A DNA stretch of 64,000 bases from an uncultured delta proteobacterium (GTDB taxonomy: Bacteria > Myxococcota_A > UBA9160 > SMWR01), in contig CAWHTE010000002.1 in the NCBI GenBank assembly GCA_963832165.1, forward strand, positions 96,001-160,000, read 5' to 3'. The notes beneath the pieces were generated by a model, which was not told where the DNA came from, made no database searches, and saw only the letters and a program-made list of their open reading frames with translations. Within the stretch, counting starts at the first letter, position 1. Each line of letters starts with the position of its first letter. A program made the position numbers and the translations under genes. Of this stretch, positions 31,522 to 41,057 are shown in pieces.

Positions 31522-33897
31522 CTAGCTGCCCGCGAGCTGTGCGAGCTGGCGGCGCGCGTCCTCGGCCTCGGGGAAGTTTCCGGCCGCGATCGCCGACTGC
31601 AGCATCTCCTTGGCGCGCGCGGGATTCCCGGCTTGCTGCAGCGCGCGGCCGAGCCGGTAACGGATCGACGGCGAGCTCGCGTCGCGCGCGAGCGCGGCCT
31701 CGAGCGCCGTGACTGCGTCTGCATACTCACCGCGCTGGTAGTGGACCCAGCCCAGCGTGTCGAAGATCGTGGGAGAGTTGTCGCGGGCCTGTGCCTCCTT
31801 GGCCAGCGCGAGCGCGAGGTCGAGCTCTTCGCCGCGCGATGCGAGCAGCCACGCGAGGTCGTTGCGTGCCCCTGCCGCGCCCGGGTGATGCCGGACGATC
31901 TTGCGCAGGCGCTTCGCCGCGGCATCCGCATCCCCGGACTCGAGCACGAGCTGCGCCGCGGCGTATCCGTATTCGCTCTCGCTGGGGGCGAGCTCGTAGG
32001 CGCGGTCGAACAACCCGATCGCGCCTTTCGCGTCGCCGGCCTTCGCGCGCAGCGCGGCGAGGCCCGCGTTGGCGCGCGCGCTCGATCCATCCAGCTCGAG
32101 TGCGCGCTCGAACGCGACGCGCGCATCGCCGTCGCGCGCGAGCGCAGCGAGCGCGAGCCCGCGCAGCTCGAACAGGCGCGGGCTCTTCGGGCTTCGCTTC
32201 AGCGCGCGATCGATCTGCGGGAGCTGCGCCGCCGGCCGCTTCGCCTCGATCGAGATGCCGACCACCTGCTCGAGCAATTCGAGCTGCTCCGGGTCGGCGA
32301 GGTCGAGCCCGCTCTGGTTCGCCAGCTCCAGTGCACGAGCAGGTCCGGACACGCGCGCCTCGAGGATCAGGCGCTCGCGCATCGCGGCGGTCGCGAAGCC
32401 GCGCTGCTCGAGCGTATCGATCGACTTGCGCGCGCGCTCGAGCTGGCCGAGCGACGTGAATGCGCGCGCGGCGATCGCGTAGGGCTCTTGTTGCTGAGGA
32501 CCACCGCGCGCGTCGAGGGCCTGATTGGCGAACGCGACGGCCTGCCCATATTCGCCGCGCTCGAAGTAGATGCGCGCGAGCTCGAGCGCCGCTTCGGACT
32601 CGGCATTGTTGGCGCGCACCGATTCACGCAGCTCCGAGATCGCGCGGTCCCAGTCACCGAGGTCGCGCGCGGCGATCCCGGCGAGGAAGCGCGCCGCTGC
32701 GTTGTTGGGCCATGACCGGATGCCGCGGTCGAACTCCACGAGCGCACCGGCCGGATCACCCTGGGTCAACAGGATCCGGCCGCGCAGCAGCTGTGCGTAG
32801 TCGGTGCGCTCGAGGCCGTCGGCCACTACGCGCGCCCGGTTGAACTCGCCGAGGTCGATCAGCGCGTCCGCGAGCATGAAGCGCACGCGCTCGTCGCCGC
32901 CGCCGGTCAGCTTGACGACCTCTTCGATCGCCGCGAGCGCGCGGTGCGGCTCGCGACGCGAGCGATAGAACGCCGCGAGCAGCGTCCAGGCGCCGGGCGA
33001 TTCGAAGCGGTTCACGGCTTCGAGCAGCACTTGCTCGGCTTCGTCGGGTCGATCCACCGTCTGCAGCCGCGCGGCGAGCCCCTGGCGCAGGTCGAGTCGA
33101 TCGGGCGCGGTGGCCACCGCGTCGCGCCACAGGCTCGTGCCACGCGTCCGGTCGCCTTGGCCGTCGAAGTAGCCGACGAGATGGCTGATCACGACCGTGT
33201 CGGTCGGCTTGCGGCCCGCGCATTCATCGTAGAGGCCCTTCGCCTTCTCCGTCTTCTTGAGCACCTCGTTGGCGAAGATCGCGGGTGCGAGGCACGCGCG
33301 GTCGCGGAAGTCCGGGTCGTCGCTCTGCTCACCCATCTGCTTGAGCAGCGCGTAGGCCTGCTCGGCCTCGTCGAGTCGGCCGAGATCGGCGAGCACAGTG
33401 GCGTGCAGCGCGCGCACGCCGTAGTCCTTCGGGTAGAGCGCGACGAGCCGCGAGGTGTCGGCATAGGCGGCGTCGAGGCGGCGCGCGGCGACGTTCGCGT
33501 TGGCGCGGATCCGCAGCGCCGCCTGCCGTTCGGGCTCGAGCGCGAGCACGCGGTCCGCGGCGCGGATCGCCTCGTCGAAGTTCTGGGTCTGGAAGTAGGT
33601 GGAGGCGAGCAACACGCCCGCGCTGATCTCGTAGCCCGAGGCCTCGGACGCCTTCTGGAGCGGCCACACCGCGCGCGATGGTTCGCCCGTCTGCACGAGC
33701 GCGAGGCCGAGGCGATAGTTCGCCTCGGCGTGTCCGGGCTCGTGCGCGAGCACTTGATCGAGCTTCCCGATCGATTCCTCGAACTGACCCTGCTGCTGGA
33801 GCAGGCGAATCTCGCCGAGCTGTGATTCGACGCCGCTGCAGCCGATCACGACGAGCAGGCTCGCGAGCGCGGCGAGAGTTACCGTGGCGCGGGACAT
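31522..33897 (-). CDS. TPR-repeat lipoprotein (PrsT-like)
   Basis: Lipobox-like LVVIGC, many TPR motifs, C-terminal NDLAWLLA...DTLGWVHY...YRLG. Confidence 0.8.
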   Translation of the reverse strand: MSRATVTLAALASLLVVIGCSGVESQLGEIRLLQQQGQFEESIGKLDQVLAHEPGHAEANYRLGLALVQTGEPSRAVWPLQKASEASGYEISAGVLLASTYFQTQNFDEAIRAADRVLALEPERQAALRIRANANVAARRLDAAYADTSRLVALYPKDYGVRALHATVLADLGRLDEAEQAYALLKQMGEQSDDPDFRDRACLAPAIFANEVLKKTEKAKGLYDECAGRKPTDTVVISHLVGYFDGQGDRTRGTSLWRDAVATAPDRLDLRQGLAARLQTVDRPDEAEQVLLEAVNRFESPGAWTLLAAFYRSRREPHRALAAIEEVVKLTGGGDERVRFMLADALIDLGEFNRARVVADGLERTDYAQLLRGRILLTQGDPAGALVEFDRGIRSWPNNAAARFLAGIAARDLGDWDRAISELRESVRANNAESEAALELARIYFERGEYGQAVAFANQALDARGGPQQQEPYAIAARAFTSLGQLERARKSIDTLEQRGFATAAMRERLILEARVSGPARALELANQSGLDLADPEQLELLEQVVGISIEAKRPAAQLPQIDRALKRSPKSPRLFELRGLALAALARDGDARVAFERALELDGSSARANAGLAALRAKAGDAKGAIGLFDRAYELAPSESEYGYAAAQLVLESGDADAAAKRLRKIVRHHPGAAGARNDLAWLLASRGEELDLALALAKEAQARDNSPTIFDTLGWVHYQRGEYADAVTALEAALARDASSPSIRYRLGRALQQAGNPARAKEMLQSAIAAGNFPEAEDARRQLAQLAGS

Positions 33898-35320
33898 GGC
33901 GCACCGAGATTACCGCCGCTGGCTCGATTCGCCGGTCCCGTACTATGCGATCGCGGCGCTGCTCCTGGCCGCCGCGATCGCGAGCCAGTTCGATCTGCAC
34001 ATCCCGACGCGGCGGGTGGCGCCCGTGGAGAAGCTGCTCGAGCTGCGCGGCCGCGGCGATCTCAACGTCGTGTTCGTGCTGATCGACACGCTGCGCGCGG
34101 ATCGGCTCGGAACCTACGGGTACACGCGGACGACTTCCCCCGTCATCGACGCGGCGGCGGCCTCCGGCATCGTGTTCGAAGACGTCGTGTCGCAGTCGAG
34201 CTGGACCAAGACGTCGATGGCGTCGCTATGGACCGCCACCCATCCGATCCACAACGGCATCCTGCGCTACAGCCACGTGATTCCCGAGGCGGCCGTGATG
34301 CCGGCGGAACTGCTACGCGACGCGGGCTATCGCACGGCCGGGCTGTGGCGGAACGGCTGGGTGGAAGCGACATTCGGCTTCGCGCAGGGCTTCGAGAGCT
34401 ACGTGCGACCCGCCATCGGCCGCGAGCGGATGCGCGTCCACCGCGAGTCGCGCGCGCCCGAGCCGATCGCGGGCACCGACGAGGATCTCACGATCTCCGC
34501 GACGAGCTTCCTCGAGCGGTTCGGCGCGCAGCGCTTCTTCCTCTACCTGCACTTCATGGACGTGCACCAGTACGTCTACGACGAGTCCTCCGCGATCTTC
34601 GGCACCAGCTATTCGGACATCTACGACCAGTCGATCCATTGGGTCGACAGGCTCGTGGGCGTCGTGCTCACGAAGCTCGAAGAGCTCGATCTGCTCTCGC
34701 GCACGATCGTGGTGATCGCGTCCGACCACGGCGAGGCGTTCCTCGAGCACGGGCGCGAGGGGCACGCGCAGGACCTGCACGGAGAGGTGACGCGCGTGCC
34801 GCTGATCCTCTTGCCGCCGTTCCTGCTCGAGCCCGGGCTCCGCGTGCGCGCGACGGTCTCGAACGCGGACCTCTGGCCGACGCTACTCGACCTGATCGGT
34901 CTGCCGCCGCTGCCCGACGCGGACGGGCGCTCGCTTCTGCCGCTCGTGCTCGCAGCCGGCGGGGCGGGAGAGGTCGGCGAACTGCAGGAGCGGCCCGTGT
35001 TCGCGCAGCTCGTGCGCGGCTGGGGCCGGCCGAAGGCTGCGCACCCGGTGTCGCTCGTGTCGGTGACCGATCGACACCTGCGGCTGCTCGCGACACTCGA
35101 GGGTGACGCGCCGCCCAGGCTCTACGACCGCGCCGCGGACCCGACCGAGCAACGCGACCTCGCGGCGTCGGATCCCGTCGCGGCGAGGCGTCTGCGCGCG
35201 CTCGTGGACCAGTATGCGAAGGACGCGCGGATGTCGTGGGGAGTCCCGCCGCGCGAGGTCGAGCTCGACGAGCTGCGCCTCAACCATCTGCGCGCGCTCG
35301 GATACGTGATCGAGCCGTGA
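33896..35320 (+). CDS. Sulfatase/alkaline-phosphatase superfamily protein with N-terminal anchor
   Basis: NVVFVLIDTLRADRLG, SSWTKTSMASLWT, FFLYLHFMDVH, ASDHGE, C-terminal LRALGY. Confidence 0.88.
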   Translation: MAHRDYRRWLDSPVPYYAIAALLLAAAIASQFDLHIPTRRVAPVEKLLELRGRGDLNVVFVLIDTLRADRLGTYGYTRTTSPVIDAAAASGIVFEDVVSQSSWTKTSMASLWTATHPIHNGILRYSHVIPEAAVMPAELLRDAGYRTAGLWRNGWVEATFGFAQGFESYVRPAIGRERMRVHRESRAPEPIAGTDEDLTISATSFLERFGAQRFFLYLHFMDVHQYVYDESSAIFGTSYSDIYDQSIHWVDRLVGVVLTKLEELDLLSRTIVVIASDHGEAFLEHGREGHAQDLHGEVTRVPLILLPPFLLEPGLRVRATVSNADLWPTLLDLIGLPPLPDADGRSLLPLVLAAGGAGEVGELQERPVFAQLVRGWGRPKAAHPVSLVSVTDRHLRLLATLEGDAPPRLYDRAADPTEQRDLAASDPVAARRLRALVDQYAKDARMSWGVPPREVELDELRLNHLRALGYVIEP

Positions 35321-35321
35321 T

Positions 35322-36410
35322 CTACGGCTTGCGGTACTGGGTCTCGAGCTTCGACCGCTCGTGGTGGCTCTCGAGCGCGAGCTCGATCAGCCGGTCGAGC
35401 AGCGCGGGGTAGGGGAGGCCCGAGGCCTCCCACATGCGCGGATACATCGAGACGTCCGTGAAGCCGGGCAGGCTGTTGAGCTCGTTCAAGTAGTAGGCGT
35501 CGGTCTTCTGGTCGACCAGAAAATCGACACGCGCGAAGGCACGGCCCTCGAGCACCTTGAACGCTCGGATCGCAGTCTCGCGCAGCTCCTGCGCCAGCGA
35601 ATCGGAGACCGGCGCGGGCACGAGCAGCTCGGTTCCTTCGTCGACGTACTTGGCCTCGTAGTCGTACCACTCGCGGTGGGTGCGGATCTCGCCGGGCACC
35701 GACGCCTCGACCGGATCGTCTCCGAGCAGCGCGATCTCGACGTCGCGCGCGGCGATGCCCTGCTCGACCACGAGCTTGGGGTCGTAGCGCGCTGCATCCT
35801 CGAGCGCGGGCAAGAGCTCGGCTTTGGTCTTGACCTTGTGGATACCCACGCTGCTGCCGAGGTTCGCGGGCTTCACGAACACCGGGAGCCGCAGTGCGTC
35901 GAGCACGCGCTCGACGCAGCCGCGCGGATCGCGCGCGAGGTCGGACTTGCGCACGCACACGTACGGCAGCACGGGCAGCCCGGCCGCGACGAGCAGGCGC
36001 TTGCTCACCTCTTTGTCCATCTGGATCGCGGAGCCTAGGACGCCCGCGCCGACGTACGGCATCTCCGCGAGCTCGAGCAGACCCTGGAGCGTGCCATCCT
36101 CGCCGCCGCGCCCGTGCACGATCGGGAATACGACGTCGAGATCGGCGACCGCCGTGTCGCCGCGTACACCCACGAGGCTGCGCTCGCCGGGCACGGCAGG
36201 CAGGCGCACTTCGTTGCCCTGGAAGCCCGACTGGGGAGGCATTGCGGGCGGCGCGAGGTGCCAGCGGCCGCTCTGGTCGATGGCGACGAGCCGAACCTCG
36301 TAGCGCGCGGGATCGAGCGCGCGGAAGATCGAGCTCGCCGACGCGACCGACACCTCGTGCTCCACGGAACGGCCGCCAAAGAGCAGCCCGACGCGAAGCT
36401 TGGTCATCAC
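35322..36410 (-). CDS. ddl: D-alanine--D-alanine ligase
   Basis: LFGGRSVEHEVS, HGRGGEDG.LQG, MDK, VKPANLGSSVG, YDYEAKY, NELNSLPGFT..SMYP (start may be ATG 36407). Confidence 0.95.
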   Translation of the reverse strand: MMTKLRVGLLFGGRSVEHEVSVASASSIFRALDPARYEVRLVAIDQSGRWHLAPPAMPPQSGFQGNEVRLPAVPGERSLVGVRGDTAVADLDVVFPIVHGRGGEDGTLQGLLELAEMPYVGAGVLGSAIQMDKEVSKRLLVAAGLPVLPYVCVRKSDLARDPRGCVERVLDALRLPVFVKPANLGSSVGIHKVKTKAELLPALEDAARYDPKLVVEQGIAARDVEIALLGDDPVEASVPGEIRTHREWYDYEAKYVDEGTELLVPAPVSDSLAQELRETAIRAFKVLEGRAFARVDFLVDQKTDAYYLNELNSLPGFTDVSMYPRMWEASGLPYPALLDRLIELALESHHERSKLETQYRKP

Positions 36411-36461
36411 CCTCCTCCCCCAGTTGCGCGGAGCCTATGGGATATCGCTACTCTGGCCAAC

Positions 36462-37307
36462 GTGTCGGCCATCTCCCCGGATCTCCAAAGAAAAAATCGC
36501 GCGCTGGCCGACGGGCTGCGCGCGGCGGGCCGGGTCCTCGTCGCGTACTCGGGCGGTGTCGACTCGAGCTTCCTCGCGTTCGCAGCCCATCGCGAGCTCG
36601 GAGACGCCGCGCTCGCAGTGACCGCGCTGTCCCCGTCCTATCCCGAGGCGCACCGCGAGATGGCGCTGCGCGTCGCGAGCGAGTTCGGCATCCCGCACCG
36701 CACGGTCGACACCGCGGAGATGGACAACCCCGATTACCGCGCGAACCGGCCCGACCGCTGCTACCACTGCAAGACGGAGCTGTTCCGCGTGCTGGGTGAC
36801 CTGCGGGACAAGCTCGGCTTCGACGCGGTCGCATACGGCGTGAACACCGACGACACGAGCGATTTCCGCCCCGGACACCGCGCGGCACGCGAGCACGGCG
36901 TGCTCTCTCCGTTCCTCGACGCCGAGCTCTCGAAGGCCGAGATCCGCGCGCTGTCGCGCAGCGCGGGTCTGCCCACGGCCGAGCTGCCGTCGTCCGCGTG
37001 TCTGTCTTCGCGGCTGCCCTACGGCACCGAGGTGACGCCGCAGCGCCTGCGCCAGGTGGAGCTCGGCGAGGAGGCGCTGCGCGGGCTCGGGTTCCGCCAG
37101 GTGCGCCTGCGCCACCACGGGGACGTCGCGCGCATCGAGGTCGAACCGAGCGAGCTGCCGCGCGCGCTCGATCCCGAGATGGCCCGGCGCATCAGCGCGG
37201 CCGTGCGCCCGCTCGGCTTCCGCTGGGTGTCGCTCGATCTCGACGGCTACCGGACCGGATCGCTCAACGAGGTTCTCGCGATCCGCAGTGAGCCGTCCGG
37301 GATCTGA
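36462..37307 (+). CDS. larE: LarE-family ATP-dependent sulfur transferase (PP-loop)
   Basis: VAYSGGVDSS, RCYHCK, DFRPG, PSSACLSSR, QVRLRHHG, DLDGYRTGSLN; GTG start inferred. Confidence 0.85.
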   Translation: MSAISPDLQRKNRALADGLRAAGRVLVAYSGGVDSSFLAFAAHRELGDAALAVTALSPSYPEAHREMALRVASEFGIPHRTVDTAEMDNPDYRANRPDRCYHCKTELFRVLGDLRDKLGFDAVAYGVNTDDTSDFRPGHRAAREHGVLSPFLDAELSKAEIRALSRSAGLPTAELPSSACLSSRLPYGTEVTPQRLRQVELGEEALRGLGFRQVRLRHHGDVARIEVEPSELPRALDPEMARRISAAVRPLGFRWVSLDLDGYRTGSLNEVLAIRSEPSGI

Positions 37308-37309
37308 TC

Positions 37310-38161
37310 GTGTCGGTGCTGGAGTGCAGCGGGGCTCCGCGCGACCTCGGGCGCGATCTCGGAACGGCGTTGGGCGCGGAGCTGCGCGCGGCGGCCGGCG
37401 GTCGACTGCATGGCTGGCTCGCTGCGTTCCCGCGCAGAAAGGCGATCGCAGCGCTGCACCGTGATCTGCGCCGCTATTTCCCGCACCAGTCGGAGTGGCT
37501 CGAGGGGCTCGCGCTCGGCGCGGGCGTGCCGATGCGGGCACTCGTGCACGCGCTCGCGGCGAGCTGCGATCCGGCGATGCCGCAGGGTGTCGCGGTGGGC
37601 GCCGTGGCGGGCACGGCCACGGTCGCGTGCTCCGTGCCGAGCGGCGCGCTGCTGCGCCGCGTGGCGCCCGAGGGCCGCTTCCGCTCGCTCGAGATCGCGA
37701 TGCCGGGTGCACCCGCGCCCGTGATCGGGCTCAACGAGGCCGGTCTCGCGGTCGCGGTGGCGCAGCAGCGATCGCTGCCCGGGCGCTTCGCACCTCCGAT
37801 CGCGCTATTCGCGCGCGATTGCCTCGAGCGCTTCGAGCGAGTCGAACCCGCGCTCGATTGGTGCCTCGCGCGGCCCGCGGCGCCGGGCGGATCGCTCGTG
37901 TTCGCCGACGCATACGGCGAGCTCGCGGGCATCTATGCGAGCGGGCCCACGCGCCGCGCGCTGCGGCCGCTCTCGTGTCTCGTGCTCGGCGACGAGAACT
38001 TCGAGCTCTCGAAGCCCGAGCAGCTCGCGTCGGGCGATCTCACCGACGAACTCGCGAACGCGCTCGCGTTGCTGCCGGGCATGGCGTTCGCGGCGATCGC
38101 CGACCCGGTCGGGTGCCGCCTGCGCACGTCGGGCGGTGGGTGGCACTCGCCGGTCGAGTAG
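37310..38161 (+). CDS. Hypothetical protein, weak similarity to peptidase C45 / Ntn-hydrolase family
   Basis: G..RDLG..LG, EWLEGLA.GAG, GLNEAGLAV motifs; nucleophile not clearly identifiable. Confidence 0.5.
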   Translation: MSVLECSGAPRDLGRDLGTALGAELRAAAGGRLHGWLAAFPRRKAIAALHRDLRRYFPHQSEWLEGLALGAGVPMRALVHALAASCDPAMPQGVAVGAVAGTATVACSVPSGALLRRVAPEGRFRSLEIAMPGAPAPVIGLNEAGLAVAVAQQRSLPGRFAPPIALFARDCLERFERVEPALDWCLARPAAPGGSLVFADAYGELAGIYASGPTRRALRPLSCLVLGDENFELSKPEQLASGDLTDELANALALLPGMAFAAIADPVGCRLRTSGGGWHSPVE

Positions 38162-38171
38162 GGAGGCGACG

Positions 38172-38690
38172 ATGCGGATCTGGGTAGGGCGAGCCGTAGT
38201 GCTGGGGTTGGTGTGGGCGGCGGCCGCGGGCGCCGCGGCCTCGGCGATCGGCGGATTCGAGGGCACCTGGGTGCGCGACGCGCGCGAGCGCGACGACGCC
38301 GCGCGCGACGCGATGATCGTGCGCGCCACCGAGCCGATGTCGTTTGCGTTTCGCGGCTTCGCGCGCGGCGTGATGCGCAAGCGCATGGTTCCGTCCGAGC
38401 AGTACGTGGTCGAGCAGGGCGCGGAGGGGCCGCAGATCCGCAACGACCGAGGCATCGTTTTCCCGCTCGACGGGCGCGTGCACGTCACCGGCGAGGATCG
38501 CGAGGTCACGAGCCGCCTGATGGAGAATGGCGAGATCGAGCAGTCGTGGAAGGAGGGCTCGGACAGCCACGGCACGACGACCTGGCGCGTCGACGGCGAG
38601 GGCCGTCTGATCGTGTCGCAGCGCGTGATCGATTCCCACTTCGAAGCGCCGCTCGAGTATTCGACGACCTACCGCCGCCCCGCGCCTTGA
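38172..38690 (+). CDS. Hypothetical secreted protein
   Basis: GGAGG SD, signal-peptide-like N-terminus, FEGTW motif, predicted beta-rich C-terminus. Confidence 0.65.
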   Translation: MRIWVGRAVVLGLVWAAAAGAAASAIGGFEGTWVRDARERDDAARDAMIVRATEPMSFAFRGFARGVMRKRMVPSEQYVVEQGAEGPQIRNDRGIVFPLDGRVHVTGEDREVTSRLMENGEIEQSWKEGSDSHGTTTWRVDGEGRLIVSQRVIDSHFEAPLEYSTTYRRPAP

Positions 38691-39230
38691 TTACGAGCGC
38701 TGCTCGCACAACGCGACCGCGCGCTCGGGGTCTTCCGTGACTGCGAACGCTTCGCGCACGTCGGCGTCGTCGAATCCGTCGCGGATCGCGCGCTCGATCT
38801 GGGCCACGAGCGGCTGGAAGAATCCGTCCGTGTCGATCAGCACGAGCGGGCGCGCATGGAAGCCGAGCTTGCGGAACGACAGCACCTCGCTGAGCTCTTC
38901 GAGCGTGCCGAGGCCGCCCGGCAGCGCGATGAATGCGTCGGCGCGCTCCTCGAGTGCGCGCTTGCGCGAGCGCATGTCGCCGACCTCGTCGAGGCGATGG
39001 AGCCCGCGGTGGTGCACGTCCATGCCCACGAACGCGTCGAGGATCACGCCCTCGACCACGCCGCCGGCCGCGAGCGCGGCGTCGGCCACCGAGCCCATCA
39101 GCCCGGTCCGGCCGCCGCCATACAGCATGATGTGTCGAGCTTGCGCGATCGCGGTGCCGAGCCGGCGCGCGGCCTCGTGGTAGACCTCGGGCAGGCGCTT
39201 GCTCGAGCCGCAATAGACGGCGATCCGCAC
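38691..39230 (-). CDS. LOG-family (TIGR00730) phosphoribohydrolase
   Basis: IAVYCGSS, YGGG.TGLMG, ADAFIALPGGLGTLEEL; GTG start inferred just after the helicase stop. Confidence 0.88.
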   Translation of the reverse strand: MRIAVYCGSSKRLPEVYHEAARRLGTAIAQARHIMLYGGGRTGLMGSVADAALAAGGVVEGVILDAFVGMDVHHRGLHRLDEVGDMRSRKRALEERADAFIALPGGLGTLEELSEVLSFRKLGFHARPLVLIDTDGFFQPLVAQIERAIRDGFDDADVREAFAVTEDPERAVALCEQRS

Positions 39231-39234
39231 CCGC

Positions 39235-40692
39235 CTAGCGTCGCCGCCGGCCACCGCGTCGGCCGCGGCCTCCGTCGCGACCTCCATCCCGGCCCCCGTC
39301 GCGCCCGCGCCCGCCGTCGCGCCGCGGCGCGCGGTTCTCGGGACGGTCATCGTTGGTATCGGACCCGTCGCTCGCGGGCGTCTCGGGCCGGTGCTCGCGC
39401 AGGAACAGTGCGCAGATCGTCGCGAGCTCGGCGAGCCCGTCGTCGCTGCGCGAGAGCGCGTTCACCACGGGGCGGAAGCGGTCGAGCAGCGCGCGGCGCT
39501 CGCGGTCGTCGAGGTGGCGCAGCTCCTGCTCGGCCTTCACCGCGAGGCGCTCGCGCACGCGCTCGGCGATCTCGGCATCGGTGGGAACCTTGCGCTCGGC
39601 GATCTTGATCTTGTTGACGTTCTGGAGCATCCGGAAGTTGCCGATGTCGAGCCCCGAGACGAGCGAGATCGCGGTGCCGGTCTTCCCGGCGCGGCCCGTT
39701 CGGCCCGTGCGGTGCACATAGACCTCGGGCGTGTCGGGCGCCGCATAGCCGATCACGTGGGTGAGGTCGCTGATGTCGATGCCGCGCGCCGCGACGTCGG
39801 TGGCGACGAGGATCTGCAGCTTGCCGGCCTTGATCTTCCCCATCGCGGCCTCGCGCGCGGCCTGCGAGAGGTCGCCGGAGATCTGGTCGGCGTCGATCCC
39901 GCGGCGCTGGAGATAGCTGGTCACGAAGCGCACGTCGTCCTTGGTGTTGCAGAACACGATCGCGCTCTCGGGATCCTCGTACTCGAGGATGCGCAGCAGA
40001 TTCGCCTCCTTCTCCTGCGCCGTCGTGATCATGTAGTAGTGCTCGATCTCCTGCGGCGAGCTCGTGTCGTCGTTGAGCGATACGAACTCGGGATCGCGCA
40101 GGAAGAAGCGCGACAGCGACTTCACCTTCTCGGGGATCGTCGCCGAGAACAGGCACGACTGGCGGTCGGCGGGCAGGTATTTGCCGATCTCGCGCATGTC
40201 GGGCCAGAAGCCCAGCGAGAGCATCTCGTCGGCCTCGTCGAGCACCAGCATGCGCACCTTGCCGAGGGAGAGGCGGCCGGAGCCGAGGTGGTCGAGGATC
40301 CGGCCCGGCGTGCCGACGATCACCTGGTGGCCGGCGTCGATGCCTTCGAGCTGCGCCGCGTAGCCGACTCCGCCGTAGATCGGCAGGCAGCGGACGCCCT
40401 TCGGCGCCCCGATCGCTTCGATCTCGGTGGCGACCTGCTTGGCCAGCTCACGCGTCGGCGCCATCACGAGCGCTTGACACCCCAGCGTGTCGGCGTCGAT
40501 GCTCGAGATGATCGGGATCCCGAACGCGCCGGTCTTCCCGCTGCCGGTCTGCGCCTTCACGATCAGGTCGGTGCCGGAGTTCATCAGCGGAACTACGCGC
40601 GCCTGCACCGGCATCGGCTTCGTCCAGCCGAGCGCTGCGATACCGCGGCGAACCGGCTCGGAGAGCGATTCGAACGAAAACTCTTCTGACAT
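39235..40692 (-). CDS. DEAD-box RNA helicase
   Basis: AQTGSGKT, PTRELA, TPGR, LDEAD, SAT, ARGID, HRTGRTGRAG; RDGG/RG-rich tail. Confidence 0.95.
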   Translation of the reverse strand: MSEEFSFESLSEPVRRGIAALGWTKPMPVQARVVPLMNSGTDLIVKAQTGSGKTGAFGIPIISSIDADTLGCQALVMAPTRELAKQVATEIEAIGAPKGVRCLPIYGGVGYAAQLEGIDAGHQVIVGTPGRILDHLGSGRLSLGKVRMLVLDEADEMLSLGFWPDMREIGKYLPADRQSCLFSATIPEKVKSLSRFFLRDPEFVSLNDDTSSPQEIEHYYMITTAQEKEANLLRILEYEDPESAIVFCNTKDDVRFVTSYLQRRGIDADQISGDLSQAAREAAMGKIKAGKLQILVATDVAARGIDISDLTHVIGYAAPDTPEVYVHRTGRTGRAGKTGTAISLVSGLDIGNFRMLQNVNKIKIAERKVPTDAEIAERVRERLAVKAEQELRHLDDRERRALLDRFRPVVNALSRSDDGLAELATICALFLREHRPETPASDGSDTNDDRPENRAPRRDGGRGRDGGRDGGRDGGRGRRGGRRRR

Positions 40693-40754
40693 GCCGGCCG
40701 CACTATAGCCGCGCAACCGGAAATCGTCGCGGACGCCCGTGCTAACGTGGCGCC

Positions 40755-41057
40755 ATGGGGATCGCGCGCGAGGAGGTTAGGAAGGTCGCGGCGCTCGCAC
40801 GGCTCTCGATGGACGATGCCGAGATCGACCGCATGCAGCACGACCTCGCGGCCATCCTCTCGTACGTCGAGGCGCTCTCGCGCGTCGACACGACGGGTGT
40901 CGAGCCCACCGCGCACGTGATTCCTCTCGCGACGCCGATGCGCAGCGACGTGCCCGAGCCCGCGATGGACCCCGCGCGCGCGGTCGCGAACGCGCCCGAG
41001 GCGAGCGGCTCGGCGTTCGTGGTGCCGAAGGTGATCGCCGGAGAAGAGGAAGGTTAG
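40755..41057 (+). CDS. gatC: Asp/Glu-tRNA amidotransferase subunit C
   Basis: [25 protein letters not shown]....FVVPKVI; first gene of gatCAB. Confidence 0.95.
   Translation: MGIAREEVRKVAALARLSMDDAEIDRMQHDLAAILSYVEALSRVDTTGVEPTAHVIPLATPMRSDVPEPAMDPARAVANAPEASGSAFVVPKVIAGEEEG

Noticed and set aside
39240..39330. RDGG tandem repeats as a separate element
   Set aside because: Ordinary RG-rich tail of a DEAD-box helicase.
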